Source: Octopus bimaculoides
Taxonomy: Eukaryota
Assembly: GCF_001194135.2 (NCBI RefSeq)
Contig: NC_068982.1
Span: forward strand, 173,258,820-173,322,314
Length of the DNA: 63,495 nucleotides
Reading direction: 5' to 3'
The notes below the pieces were generated by a model. The model ran no database searches, had not been told where the DNA came from, and was given only the letters and a program-made list of their open reading frames with translations. Shown in pieces: positions 12,815 to 25,214 of the stretch (positions are counted from its first letter, which is position 1; the number at the start of each line of letters is the position of its first letter). The translations under genes and the position numbers were made by a program.

Positions 12815-12903
12815 TGTGACCAGTAAATTCCACCAGATAAATTTCACCATACGTAAATTCCACCACGGTATATTCCACCATTGTAAATTTCACCATAGGT
12901 GAA

Positions 12904-12980
<77 letters not shown>

Positions 12981-13260
12981 CATTATTATATGGGTTACGA
13001 TATTATAGAAATAAAGAAAGAATGCATAAAAGATAATATCAATAATGTCGATGAATACAAAAACTACGTTTAAGACGCTGTCAATGTATTTGAAGATTTG
13101 TCTGACGATGAAGACATTCCTTCTGAGTTTATCACCTCTTTTGAGATTACATACATTGGGATTGTAAAGTGACGCAGTCCTCGTCGGCAAAGAGAAACCC
13201 CACATACAACTCTAGAATGTAAGTGATGTAGTGCCTCCTTGGAAATGTAGTAAGGTCACA
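12815..13260 (+). mobile_element. MULE/Mutator-like transposon remnant with subterminal repeats
   Basis: Five gtaaattccacc-type units of about 15 bp at 12823-12900; frame DAVNVFEDLSDDEDIPSEFITSFEITYIGIVK*RSPRRQR resembles the MULE YFExTYIG segment; ends tgtgacc...ggtcaca. Confidence 0.55.
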
Positions 13261-13445
13261 CGCCGGGCGAAATACTTAGCAATATTTCGTCTGTCTTTAC
13301 GTTCTGTGTTCAAATTCCGCCGAGGTCGGCTTTGCCTTTCATCCTTTCGGGGTCGATAAATTAAGTACCAGTTGCGTACTGGAGTCGATCTAGTCGACTG
13401 GCCCCTCCCCCCAAATTTCAGGTCTTGTGCCTAGAGTAGAAAAAA
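13261..13445 (+). mobile_element. SINE family A, 5'-truncated, tail type b
   Basis: Family A core plus tail cccctcccccaaatttcaggtcttgtgcctagagtagaaaa. Confidence 0.9.
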
Positions 13446-13944
13446 AAGACAATTGGTAAGTAAATATCAAAGGGTTGCTATGGATGAAGTTGGTTATTTA
13501 AGGTGTGATGATTGTTTTAGAAATATAATAAGTAATTAACGTTAAGGCGGTGAATTGGCAGAACCGTTAGNNNNNNNNNNNNNNNNNNNNNNNNNNNNNN
13601 NNNNNNNNNNNNNNNNNNNNNNNNNNNNNNNNNNNNNNNNNNNNNNNNNNNNNNNNNNNNNNNNNNNNNNNNNNNNNNNNNNNNNNNNNNNNNNNNNNNN
13701 NNNNNNNNNNNNNNNNNNNNNNNNNNNNNNNNNNNNNNNNNNNNNNNNNNNNNNNNNNNNNNNNNNNNNNNNNNNNNNNNNNNNNNNNNNNNNNNNNNNN
13801 NNNNNNNNNNNNNNNNNNNNNNNNNNNNNNNNNNNNNNNNNNNNNNNNNNNNNNNNNNNNNNNNNNNNNNNNNNNNNNNNNNNNNNNNNNNNNNNNNNNN
13901 NNNNNNNNNNNNNNNNNNNNATATATATATATATATATATATAC

Positions 13945-14082
13945 GACGGGCTTCTTTCAGTTTCCGTCTACCAATTTATCCACTCACAAGGCTTTTGGTC
14001 AGTCCGAGGCTATATAGTAGCAGACACTTGCCCAAGGTGCCATGCAGTGGGACTAAACCCGGAACCATGTGGCTGGGAAAGG
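13945..14082 (-). mobile_element. SINE family B, 5' half
   Basis: gacgggcttctttcagtttccgtctacc...gtgggactaaacccggaaccatgtgg. Confidence 0.88.
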
Positions 14083-14084
14083 CA

Positions 14085-14295
14085 ACGAACTGACACAATC
14101 GTTAGCGCACTGAACATTATGCTTAGTGGCATTTCGTCCATCTCTACGTTCTGGGTTCAAATTCCACCGAATTCGACTTAGCCCTAATCCTTTCGGGATC
14201 TATAAAATAAGTACCTGTTGGGCACTGGGTTCGATGTAATCGACTAGACCCCATCCCTCACACTTACTGGCCTTGTACCAAAATTTGAAATCAAT
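14085..14295 (+). mobile_element. SINE family A, diverged, tail type c
   Basis: Degenerate core; tail ctggccttgtaccaaaatttgaaatcaat. Confidence 0.75.
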
Positions 14296-14309
14296 ATTTA
14301 ATTCACGTT

Positions 14310-14728
14310 AAGGTGGCGAGCTGGTAGAATCGTTAGCACGCCGGGAGAAATGTTTAGCGGTATTTCGTCTGTCTTTATGTTCTGAGATCAAATTCCACCG
14401 TGGTCGACTTTGCCTTTCATCCTTTCGGGGTCGATAAATTAAATACCAGTTGCGTACTGGTTTAGATCTAATCGACTGGCTCCTCCCTAAAAAAAAATTT
14501 CGGGCCTTGTGCCTAGAGTAGAAAAGAATCGTTAGCACGCCGGCAAAATGCTTAGCGACATTCCGTTCGTCTCTACGTCTTGAGTTCAAAATCTGCTGAG
14601 GTTGACCTTGTCTTTAATCCTTTCAAGGTTGATGAAATAAGTACCACTCTAGCATTGGAGTCGATGTAATCGACAAGCACCCCCACCCAACCGAAATTAC
14701 TGGCCTTGTTCCAAAATTTGAAATCAAT
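14310..14728 (+). mobile_element. Head-to-tail SINE A dimer (tail b unit followed by tail c unit)
   Basis: Junction gtagaaaagaat/cgttagcac at about 14521-14538; flanks atttaattcacgttaa and atttaatccatgtaca (12/16 identical). Confidence 0.85.
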
Positions 14729-15149
14729 ATTTAATCCATGTACAATACATATATCTTAAATGTATTTTCTAAAAATCCTCTCCCCGGATAAGAATATAAG
14801 TAAATCGTCATGTTATCAGTGAGTAGAAATATGGCTGATGATGTGCCAAGGTCCAATATAATTTCATTATAGAGGTCTTCACTTTCTTTAGTAATTTCCA
14901 TAATTTAACACGGAAATACGTGTTTCTACATATATCTAAATCGTGGGACATAGTACATGGTATAGTATAAGAAAATAAACAGGCGTGTTTACAATTAGAC
15001 AGCCACAATACTGTGGTATTCGTCTAGAGCAGTAGAGTAGTTGGCGAAAAGTGTCCAACAGCACCGTTATGCGTTTATACGATATGTCTTCCCAGCATAT
15101 ACCGCAGTATTGTAGCTTTCTAGCTTTCTTACAATATATCCACGTTAAG

Positions 15150-15697
15150 AAGGCGGCGTGCTCGTCTGCCGCTACGTTCTGAGTTCAAATTTCGCCGAGG
15201 TCGACTTTGCCTTTCATCTTTTCGGGGTCGATGAAATAAGTACCAGTTACGCACTGGGGTCGATGTAATCGACTTAATCCCTTTGTCTGTCCTTGTTTGT
15301 CCCCACTGTGTGTAGCTCCTTATGGGCAGTAAAGAAATAAGAAACGTTAGCATGCCGGGCGAAATGCTTAGCGGCATTTTGTCTGACTTTACGTTCTGAG
15401 TTCAAATTCCACTGAGGTCGACTTTGCCTTTCATCCTTTCGGGGTCGATAAATTAAGTATCAGTTACGCACTGGGGCCGAAGTAATCGACTTAATCCCTT
15501 TGTCTGTCCTTGTTTGTCCCCTCTATGTTTAGCCCCTTGTGGGAAATAAAGAAATAAGAAACGTTAGCACACCGGGCGAAATGCTTAGCCTTTCATCCTT
15601 TCTGGATCAATAAATTAAGTACCAATTGCGTACTGGGGTTGATCTAATCGACTGCGCCCCACTAAAAATTTCGGGCCTTATGCCTAGAGAATTAAAG
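15150..15697 (+). mobile_element. Head-to-tail SINE A trimer (tails a, a, b) with 17-bp TSD
   Basis: aatatatccacgttaag at 15133-15149 and 15698-15714; two aaagaaataag/aaacgttagca junctions. Confidence 0.9.
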
Positions 15698-16041
15698 AAT
15701 ATATCCACGTTAAGTAAAATGGCTGTTGGGAACTAATACTGCTTCCCATCGCTAATATGGAATAAGAAAATAATATTAAGCCATCACATGAAATTAGCTT
15801 CTGTTTCATTAAAGTAATGTTTCTTTTCCTCTTTTTCCTTCTTGTTTTATTTATTTATTTATCATTATTATTACTTTTTTCTTTTTGTAAAAGGACATAC
15901 GAAGGGGACGTTTCTCAAATGCCATTCGGTAAAAGAGGGGTACTACGCTACAGTTTCACATTTAGAACTGGTAATAACATCAACATCATCATCATTATCA
16001 TCATCATCATCATCATAATCATCATCATCATCATCATCATC

Positions 16042-16073
<32 letters not shown>

Positions 16074-16136
16074 CGAGAAGCAGCAGTAGCTGTAATTGTA
16101 ATTGTAGTCGATGCAAATGACTATATAATGACTTAC

Positions 16137-16175
16137 TGTTCAGAGTGTTGGTGAACCCATAACTTGGTGGGAGCA
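16137..16175 (-). CDS. Candidate 39-nt internal exon, (L)LPPSYGFTNTLN, product unknown
   Basis: Acceptor tttctttttttgtctctaatgctcaataag; donor aca/gtaagt; phase 1 in and 1 out, compatible with the exon at 19986-20046; a second frame is also open. Confidence 0.35.
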
Positions 16176-17608
16176 CTTATTGAGCATTAGAGACAAAAAA
16201 AGAAACATATAACCACATTTACACACACACGCCCCCCCCCCACACGGACACACAAATATTTACGTACGCCACACAGATATATAATAATATAGGNNNNNNN
16301 NNNNNNNNNNNNNNNNNNNNNNNNNNNNNNNNNNNNNNNNNNNNNNNNNNNNNNNNNNNNNNNNNNNNNNNNNNNNNNNNNNNNNNNNNNNNNNNNNNNN
16401 NNNNNNNNNNNNNNNNNNNNNNNNNNNNNNNNNNNNNNNNNNNNNNNNNNNNNNNNNNNNNNNNNNNNNNNNNNNNNNNNNNNNNNNNNNNNNNNNNNNN
16501 NNNNNNNNNNNNNNNNNNNNNNNNNNNNNNNNNNNNNNNNNTATATATATAAATATACATGTACATACGCGTGTATGTGCGTGTGTATGCATGAATGTGC
16601 GCACGTAAACTAATTTATATATATGCTTTGCAGTAATACAATAGTCCTCAACATAATCTGCAATAACTATATAAATAACTGTTACTTTCATTTAGCCTAT
16701 TTCATATCATTAGTTTCAACTTAAATACTGATTATTTAATTCAATTTTTTTGTCAACAATTTACAAAAAAATTTTTCTAAGCTACCTCCCTAATCCTGCT
16801 ATTTAATTGGATCTATTCATTGTTGTATATAAACTAACTAAAGTACTTGACGCACTGCATAACGCCTTAATGATATGGTTTTATTACAAGCCATCTCTGG
16901 CGGCACACACATGTATGCATAGGTTCATGCAAGAATGTTTGTCTATGCCGCATACACACACAGAGACATATATATGCATGCACATATCTGTATATATGTA
17001 TAAGCTTTTGTGTGAGTGTATACTAAGTAATTCATAATTTTCCGAACACTTTCGCTGAAAAATATCTCGCTAGAACTAACTACAGTCTATCCTGTCGAGT
17101 ATGTATGTGTTTAATTAAACGGTATGTATATTGACAGGAATTTAATTCCATATTGAAAAATATGAAGTGGTTTTCTTTCGGAAATGGTTTCAAACTTTTA
17201 GTATAGTAATGTCTGATTTCTAATACATTTGTCTTTACTTAGCAACTTATGTTCTGTGTCACACGACCGCTGGTCACAATGGTATTTTTGTCCTTTTGCA
17301 CCGCCTGACGAGAAATACAGTTCCTGAAACAGAACTTCTGTTGCATAACACTTTCTACGAGGTATGATATCAAAGATATCGGCGTTGTATCGTGCAACAG
17401 AAATTAACCGCCTCCATCAATTCTTTCACTGTATAAAATCCTTTTGCAGAACGCAATAATTCACAGTCTATATGAATATTTGTTGGTGTACTTTTGCTAA
17501 AAATTCAACACTAAAATTAAGTATGACGTATTCTGAGCAATGCGTATGTACCTTGCTACTATATACATACACATATTCATACATACGTACGTACGCATGC
17601 ACGCACAT

Positions 17609-17640
<32 letters not shown>

Positions 17641-17940
17641 GAACATACACACACATAGTAAGCACAAACACTAGCTTTCCACTATAAATGTTACTACAAT
17701 TATATAACGAAGTTTATAAGATAATCTTTTATTCCTATGTCATCTCCTTTTCTTATTACTGCTCTATACTCAGCTAACATTCCGTTCTGAAACATACGTA
17801 TATTGAGTTCTACATCGGATCATTGGTTTCGAAATACCTAAGCGAAATATTAAAATATAATTACATACATACATACATACATACATACATGCGTGCATGC
17901 GTGCGTGCGTGTGTGTGTGCGTTGTGTGTGTGCGTGTGCG

Positions 17941-17989
<49 letters not shown>

Positions 17990-18478
17990 TCTGTGTAGGT
18001 ATAAATGCCGTTCCCTCTCTTTCCGTACATAATGAAATTGTATAAACGAGTCGGCTGTTTACGACTGACCAGTGTGTTTAACTTCAAATTATTTTAGACA
18101 CATATTGTCGGGGTTTGTTCTATCGAACAAAACAGCATCAAGAACGAACACTTCTAGCATGACTGCAAATCGTTTAATCGAACTAATTGCCAGGAATACG
18201 TCAAATATGAAAATCGGTGTACCCAATTTGATAACACGCTTAATAGAAGTGATTATGAATGTAATTTCGACGGGGATAATAAAGAATAGGATAAACGGTC
18301 GCTGATTTCAAATATAATCCACTCGATCCAACTTTTTCTATCGAAGGTGCAATTGCATATACAAAGACAGCTGTCTACGACCGCTTAATGTATTTCATTA
18401 ATTCTATCTTTAATAATTTACGCATTCAAAGCTAGCTCAAAATTAGAAGCTTATTTTGAAGTCTATCATAGTGTAATA

Positions 18479-18694
18479 AGCGAGAAGGTGCTGAAAAGTT
18501 CGTGGCCTTAAGGGTATCGTGAAAGGCCTGGCTGGAGATTCAACCTTCCGAGTTCTTTTACAAGGTTTAGAAAAACTGAAGAATAGCTGCAAAAAGTGTG
18601 AATCTGAGAGTGGGAATATGTTGAATAAACTCATATTTAATTGATCTGCATTTTCTTTAACCTGAAGCCAGGAACTTTTCAGCACACCCTCGTA
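18479..18694. mobile_element. mariner-type MITE
   Basis: TIRs cgagaaggtgctgaaaagttcgtggc and gccaggaacttttcagcacaccctcgta; about 215 bp; non-coding. Confidence 0.85.
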
Positions 18695-19985
18695 CATATA
18701 CATTTATGTGTGCGTGTGTATGACCATTTACTCCAATCGCGCAACCATGTTGTTTTATTAATAAGCACATATCTATATCGAAGGTAATATCGGTAAAAAA
18801 AAAATCACGGTTCATTGGTTATCACAGACCACATGAATCACATATATGATGTAATAATCCCCAAGAAAGAAAAAAATATCTCAGTAGGAAACAACTTTGA
18901 CTGGTTAGAAAAATTCGAAGCTTGGCTAAAATATTAGCTCATTTCTCCATATGTTTGTTTTTAATCCTCTTTCTTTACATAGTTCACATAAGAGAATATC
19001 TTTTTTAAGGAGGAAATAACTCTAGTTGACTTGTGTCAAAATTTTGCTCAACCTCAGATTATTCAGTTAAATGTATTCACATCATTTTGAATTAATCATG
19101 CATTATCAAGCAGCTTTGAGATTTCGATGATGGAATTGCTTTTTTTTAATGGCATTCTAGGGTAGGTGTGAGAAGCTGGATCTCATCAATTTGAACATGG
19201 GGCCTGATATGACCAGATTAAATACTAAACCGTTAAATATCAGCTTAGTTTCATGTTTGGAATTTCTTCCTACTCCATGTATCGACTGTAGGTTCTGCCT
19301 GAATGTAGTTCAAAATCCAGTGGTACAAGAATGTGTTTGAAAGATTGAAGCATGTATTTTGTTGTCGTGGAGGTAGGTATGATGAGAAGCTTTCTATTCT
19401 AGTTGAGAAGATAACCAGGTAGATTTTAAAATGTATTTGACGTTGTACTGCATCCGTTCTATATACCTTTGTTTCTGCAACAATTCTCTATCTTATCGCG
19501 GGCTTCTTTCTTCTCACTATTTCAAGAACCAAATATACTGAGAACGGAATGTACCATTACACATATTTCGGGATCTAAGCGAATGGCTTAGCTGTGACTA
19601 TTTCACTTTTCGTCATAGACCAGTATGACAATCTGATTACTGGAACATTCGTAAAACTCTATTATCAGCCGAATAAATAATATACCATATCATACATCGA
19701 ATATTTTGTCTCTTGTTTATAATAAGCAACGTGTGTGTGTACGTGTGTACACATTTAATTTTAAATTTCATTGTTCTATTTCCAGTTTTGAAACTAATTT
19801 GGCATTTCAAATACCATTATCAAAAATATATGCGAAAACACAAAGATATTAATATTTCTTTTCGATTGAAATAAAAAAATCAAATCTTTTATATCTTTAG
19901 GCTGTGTGTTTTGTCTTGCTAATGTCTACAGTCTGTGTCCATGAAACTGTAGATCTGCAGACTGTATCCAGTCGTCATTACTCAC

Positions 19986-20046
19986 AATCTTTGTCTATCC
20001 AATCAGCATCTGACTCTGTCATCTTATCAACGTAATTAGAATATTC
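19986..20046 (-). CDS. Candidate 61-nt internal exon, EYSNYVDKMTESDADWIDKD, product unknown
   Basis: Branch point tactgac, pyrimidine tract and tgcag/G acceptor; T/gtgagt donor; only one frame is open. Confidence 0.55.
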
Positions 20047-20385
20047 CTGCAGAGTGAAGGCAAACTGTCAGTATATATTCAGTATACATCTAATCTAGTC
20101 AACTTTTCAAAACTACTTGATGAGAAAGCCCTTGTGTGGTTGTTTGAAATGCTAGAAATTGCTGCTGTATCTTCTTCAAACCACACACTAGTATTTTAAA
20201 ATAGAAAAGACATACATCCTGTAGACCGGGATACTACAAAAGAAACAAGATTGTCATGGTTGGAATTGTTCGATCAAGGTTGACTTGGTGCTGAACAACG
20301 ACATTTTCACATGATTAGCTTTCACTGTTGAATATAAGACATGCTGAGATAGTGAATTTAGTTAACTAGATGCATACATACTGAG

Positions 20386-21060
20386 TACGAGATGGCATCA
20401 AGAAGTTCCAGGACTAGTTCTGTAGCGCGCCAACAGATGGCAGTACGTGGCTGCGTGCGCAATGAGAGCTAGCAGTGACCTTCATGAGGCAGTGTGCCGA
20501 GTGACATTTCTGTGTTTACTTCGCAAGATGCGAAATATGTTTTTGTGATTACGTGTATGCTGTAGTCTGCGATTTTGTCATGGACAGGGAGTTGGAACGA
20601 AAAGCCAACGTGAAATTTTGCATTAAACTTCGGAAGTTTGCGTCAGAGACATTAAGCATGCTTCAGCGAACTTATGGCGACGAGGCAATGGCTCGTACGC
20701 AATGTTTCAAGTGGCACGAGCGCTTCAAAAGCGGAAGAACATCCCTTGAAGACGATGAGCGATCTGGAAGATTTACCACGAGTGTCACCTCCGGAAATGT
20801 GGTATTGTACATCAAGAATTCGTCCTTCAGAGCCAAACTGTCAATCGATAGTTCTACTGCGATGTTTGAAGCGTTTGAGGGAGGACATTTGGTGAAAGCG
20901 ACCGGACCTGTGGAGCATGAATAATTGGATTCTTCTCGACCATAATGCACCCTCTCACGGAGTTCTCCTTACTAGTAAATTTCTCGTCAAAAATTACGTA
21001 AATAAGTTATTTTTTATTAAACAACTAGTCCGGGAGCTTTATGATACCACCTCCTCGATA
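20386..21060 (+). mobile_element. Internally deleted mariner element with both TIRs
   Basis: TIRs tacgagatggcatcaagaagttccaggactagtt and aactagtccgggagctttatgataccacctcctcgata; N-terminal HTH MDRELERKANVKFCIKL...WHERFKSGRTSLEDDERSGR from 20580; later frame LKRLREDIW*KRPDLWSMNNWILLDHNAPSH. Confidence 0.92.
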
Positions 21061-22275
21061 TTTTATTGACTGTGTTAGCCAAGTCGACGTTTATAAACTG
21101 TTTATATTTTCGGATATTAAGCTGTATCAGTGGTCATGGGATGCCAATCGGCAGAGTATCAGGCAACATCTCTTTCAGTACATAGTTTTGGTGATTTAAC
21201 TTTATCTCCCAAGATTGACAAGAATGAATGTCAGCAATATACTGGCAATCGATCCAGTAAACTAGAGTTCTTTTTTTTATATATATTTGAGACTTGTGCC
21301 TATGCAAGATATTGATATTAAGCTATTTCAACATACGTGTGACATAGAACAACAGATGCACAACCATGAAACCGATATAATGATGTAGTTTCAAATTCTT
21401 ATTGAACTAAGGCCGTGAATGATAATTATGTTAAAATGTCGTTCTTGCTCAGCGCCAGGTCAGTCTTAATCGAACATTTCCGACCATGATCGGTTTTTAT
21501 GTTGTTAATACTCTTAGAGAAAGTATGAAGGTCATCATACCCTCTAACATTTAAAGCACGAGTCCATTTTCATAACATTAAAAAACAAAAATTATGCACA
21601 CCTAGAACAATAAAGGCGAACTTGTAAACGTAACTTAAGCATTTATGCACTGCATGCTTTTAGGTGACATGCGTTGGCCTTTGAAAAAGATCTCCCCGCG
21701 ATATCATTATAAAAAGCTTATTTATATATCTATAAGTATTTACCTAAGTCTAAAATATTTCTACAGACTTATGCGACAGGATTATTTAAAGAAATCAAAA
21801 TTTTGACACACCAGGCTAAAATAATTCGCCATCATTGTTCTAGGGTCCGTATAAGATTTAGAGGGATCCACGCAACTAAATTGTAAATTTGAGAGCCACA
21901 ATAGTATTTTAAGGGCCCATGAAAAAGAAGTTTGCTTTAGAAGTATGTACTGGTATGTAAGAAACAGCTGGATTTTTTTCTCTAATATTTTACATAGTTC
22001 AACCTCCACGAATTGATGTATGAAAAACAAAATAGGAATTTTGAAAGAAGCTTATATAAAACTAGTTTTTAATGGCTATGGGGGTATACCAGAATAAAAT
22101 AGCAACCAAAGGGGTCTATAGATAAAAAATTGTTGAGAACCCTTGTTCTAGAAGGAGTGCCTAAATTGTTCATGTCTAGCTGATCTACACAATGTCGCTG
22201 GTCATTGGACGATGTCATCAAACTTTGTTGTCAGGTTGACATTTAACTATAATCTATCTTGTGATTAACACTCAC

Positions 22276-22300
22276 TGAATGCTCATAACAACAGGAGGTC
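22276..22300 (-). CDS. Candidate 25-nt micro-exon, (R)TSCCYEHS or GPPVVMSI
   Basis: Acceptor tttttatatttacag/g; donor tca/gtgagt; the phase 2 in, 0 out reading links the exons at 35336 and 20046. Confidence 0.42.
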
Positions 22301-22592
22301 CTGTAAATATAAAAATCTCCGCAAAGAAGGTAAGCTTGTCGGTTATCAGTTGACAGAAACACTTCCAATATGGTCGTAAATCTAACGAAGATGACGAATG
22401 TATAGATTGGCTTTCGACAACGTATAGACGAAATGGTTGCTATGCAACACGATGGGGGAAAAATCAATGTAATCGATGATAAACTATCCAAACAGTTGCT
22501 GGTTTACTGAAAATCATGTCAGGCTATTTCTGGTCGAAGTCATTCGCATTAATTGAGAGACAAGTAAAAAATACATTCATGCAACAGTTATT

Positions 22593-22623
<31 letters not shown>

Positions 22624-23133
22624 TTGCGTTTGATGACATTAGAAGTTTTTTTTCTTAAAGACTACACAGTTTCTAAATTTCTGAAAATACAGAGGATTTA
22701 TTTCTTTTAGGAAGAGAATGAGCGAGATCTGAGAGAAAAAGAGCGTGAAAGAAGAAACGAGAGAATCTGTGATACACCCCTTTATACTAAGCGAAAAGTC
22801 CTGTCGTTGCCGTGGATTCTGTCCATTACACTACTTGCGTTTTGGTGCACTCCGGTCAGTTGGTGACCCTTGATTCTGTATAAGTTTCTGTTGCATCATA
22901 TACTTGATAGCAATCTTTCTTGTTACATATACATGTGTACGGTTGGTATATTTGTTGACAACTCCACTGTGATATATANNNNNNNNNNNNNNNNNNNNNN
23001 NNNNNNNNNNNNNNNNNNNNNNNNNNNNNNNNNNNNNNNNNNNNNNNNNNNNNNNNNNNNNNNNNNNNNNNNNNNNNNNNNNNNNNNNNNNNNNNNNNNN
23101 NNNNNNNNNNNNNNNNNNNNNNNNNNNNNNNNN

Positions 23134-23169
<36 letters not shown>

Positions 23170-23779
23170 AAAAATAAGTATCCATTTCTTTGCAGAGCAC
23201 AGGTACAATCTACGAAGCTCTAGATTATGGGCCATTCTGCTTCCACTACGTCACCCTGCTCAATGAGCGGTATGCAAACATGTATTATATTTTTTAATAT
23301 CTGTTCTTGATTACATTAATTCTATTACATCATTCATTATTGTTATCTATTTATTATTTTCTTATTTCATGATCCTGATGAAATTATTAAAAAGGGTGTT
23401 GTAATCATATACAACTACATGTGTATGCATGTGTGTATGGCTGTATATATGCATGTACGTACATATACACACATACACGCACACATACACATGGACACAC
23501 ACACTTTATACGTACGTCAATTGTGGAACACAACTGTCACTACATGAACCTGATGATTGCATAACACATGAAAGTACTAGTTTATTTCAATATTGTAAAA
23601 TTGTAAAATTGTAAAACTGGAAAAATTATAAATAATGAAATGTGAAAATCAGACTAAGCAGGAATTTCATTGATTAATACATTCTTCCATACATGATCAT
23701 ACAAATACGGACATGTGTGTATGCATGTATGTATGTATGTATGTATGTATATATGTATGTATGTATGTGTGTTGTTATA

Positions 23780-23865
23780 TTTGGGGATGGTAATTTATTT
23801 TGCTAATTTGCTACACGTACTATATACTTGGTCTTCACTTCAGCTTTAGCATTTTTCTTATTCTC
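23780..23865 (+). repeat. Short dispersed repeat (second copy at 31795-31865)
   Basis: Shared ttggggatggt-at...cttggtctt-acttcagcttta. Confidence 0.6.
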
Positions 23866-23916
23866 CTCTTCAGCATCATTGTCGTCATCGTCATCATCAT
23901 CATCATCATCATCATC

Positions 23917-23947
<31 letters not shown>

Positions 23948-24062
23948 CTTTCATTGCAGCTGGTGATAAATTTACAAAAGGGGAAACGAATGAGACTCTC
24001 TGTGTGTGCGCGTGTGAATGTGTGTGTGTGTCTGTGTGCATGTGTGCGTATGCGTGTGTGTG

Positions 24063-24101
<39 letters not shown>

Positions 24102-25214
24102 GTATGTGCGCGCGCGCTTGATGTTTGCAACCGTGTGAAGGGTATCGACCACATAAGTAAATTAAAATGAACAGGCATCAACAAGGCACCGAAATTTACT
24201 CAAAGATTAGTTTTTCGAGAGAAATAAATAATTATCCCATTCAGATCAACATCGCCTAAACGGATTAATATTGATCCAAATCTTAGATACAAACACTTTT
24301 GGTTTCGAAACAAAAAAAAGGTAGCGGTATATTACTAATTACTTCACCGTTTATTCCTTGCACATGTTTTAGCTGTCTCTCAGGGATCAGAAGCGTTGTG
24401 AACAATGGTTTAAGGCAGTCATCATTCCCGAAATAATTCACCTTTATTCTTTACTGCAGGCAACTTATCAACCAAACTTCCATGCAGCAATTAGAAATCT
24501 ATAATCAAACGTAACAATCTTATTTTGCAATAACGAGGATTTATGCAACTGGACTTGTAATAGCTTATTTCCCACTACTTCTTATAATGTTCGAGAAATA
24601 ATTGGCAGTTAAAAATGGTGGGTACCGATCATTATTTGGATGATGATGATGATGACGACGACGACGACGATAATGATGAGGAGGATGATGATGACAATGA
24701 TGGTGTTGACTTCCCAGCCTCGTCAACTAGAGTTGACGAACCCACCAAAATTCCGTTCACATTTCTCATTTTAGCAGAATGTTTGTAAGGCGCCACTCTG
24801 CAGCAAACTGAACTCGTTTTCAGCTGAATGGTGGACTGGGGACTATTGACAACATCCGGCCGCCTAGACGGCAATAGGATTCCTCATCTCACGGTTTAAC
24901 AGTGAGCCTAACAACCCAATCCCTAATCCAGGCCCCTTCACGACACCCAGCTACGAACATCAAAAGGATCGAGAGGCTCCTGGTGGACTTTAAGACAAAG
25001 GGATTCCCTCTGGTATATTTGTAGACAACTCAGTTGTGATATATATATATATAGGTCTAGAGTCTGACGAGCTGTCCACAAGGCTGTGGTTTTCGTGGAT
25101 ATGAAACCTTTGGTAACTCCTCTATGACCAGAAATTAACTTTTTGTTTTAATAATTACTGCTCTATTCTTTACAGTGTGCTTTTTTTTCTAATATATGTT
25201 TTATTGACTATGTA

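Noticed and set aside
12823-12907. CRISPR-like or iteron-like short repeat array
   Set aside because: Units are about 15 bp, degenerate and have no spacers, in a eukaryotic context; better explained as transposon subterminal repeats.
17336-17401. Possible miRNA hairpin (tctgttgca...tgcaacaga with a gatatc-aaa-gatatc apex)
   Set aside because: The arms are unequal and the middle pairs poorly, so it is not a pre-miRNA-like duplex.
22235-22328. Plus-strand exon with a strong gaag/gtaagc donor
   Set aside because: All three frames from the upstream acceptor contain stops, and it overlaps the better minus-strand micro-exon.
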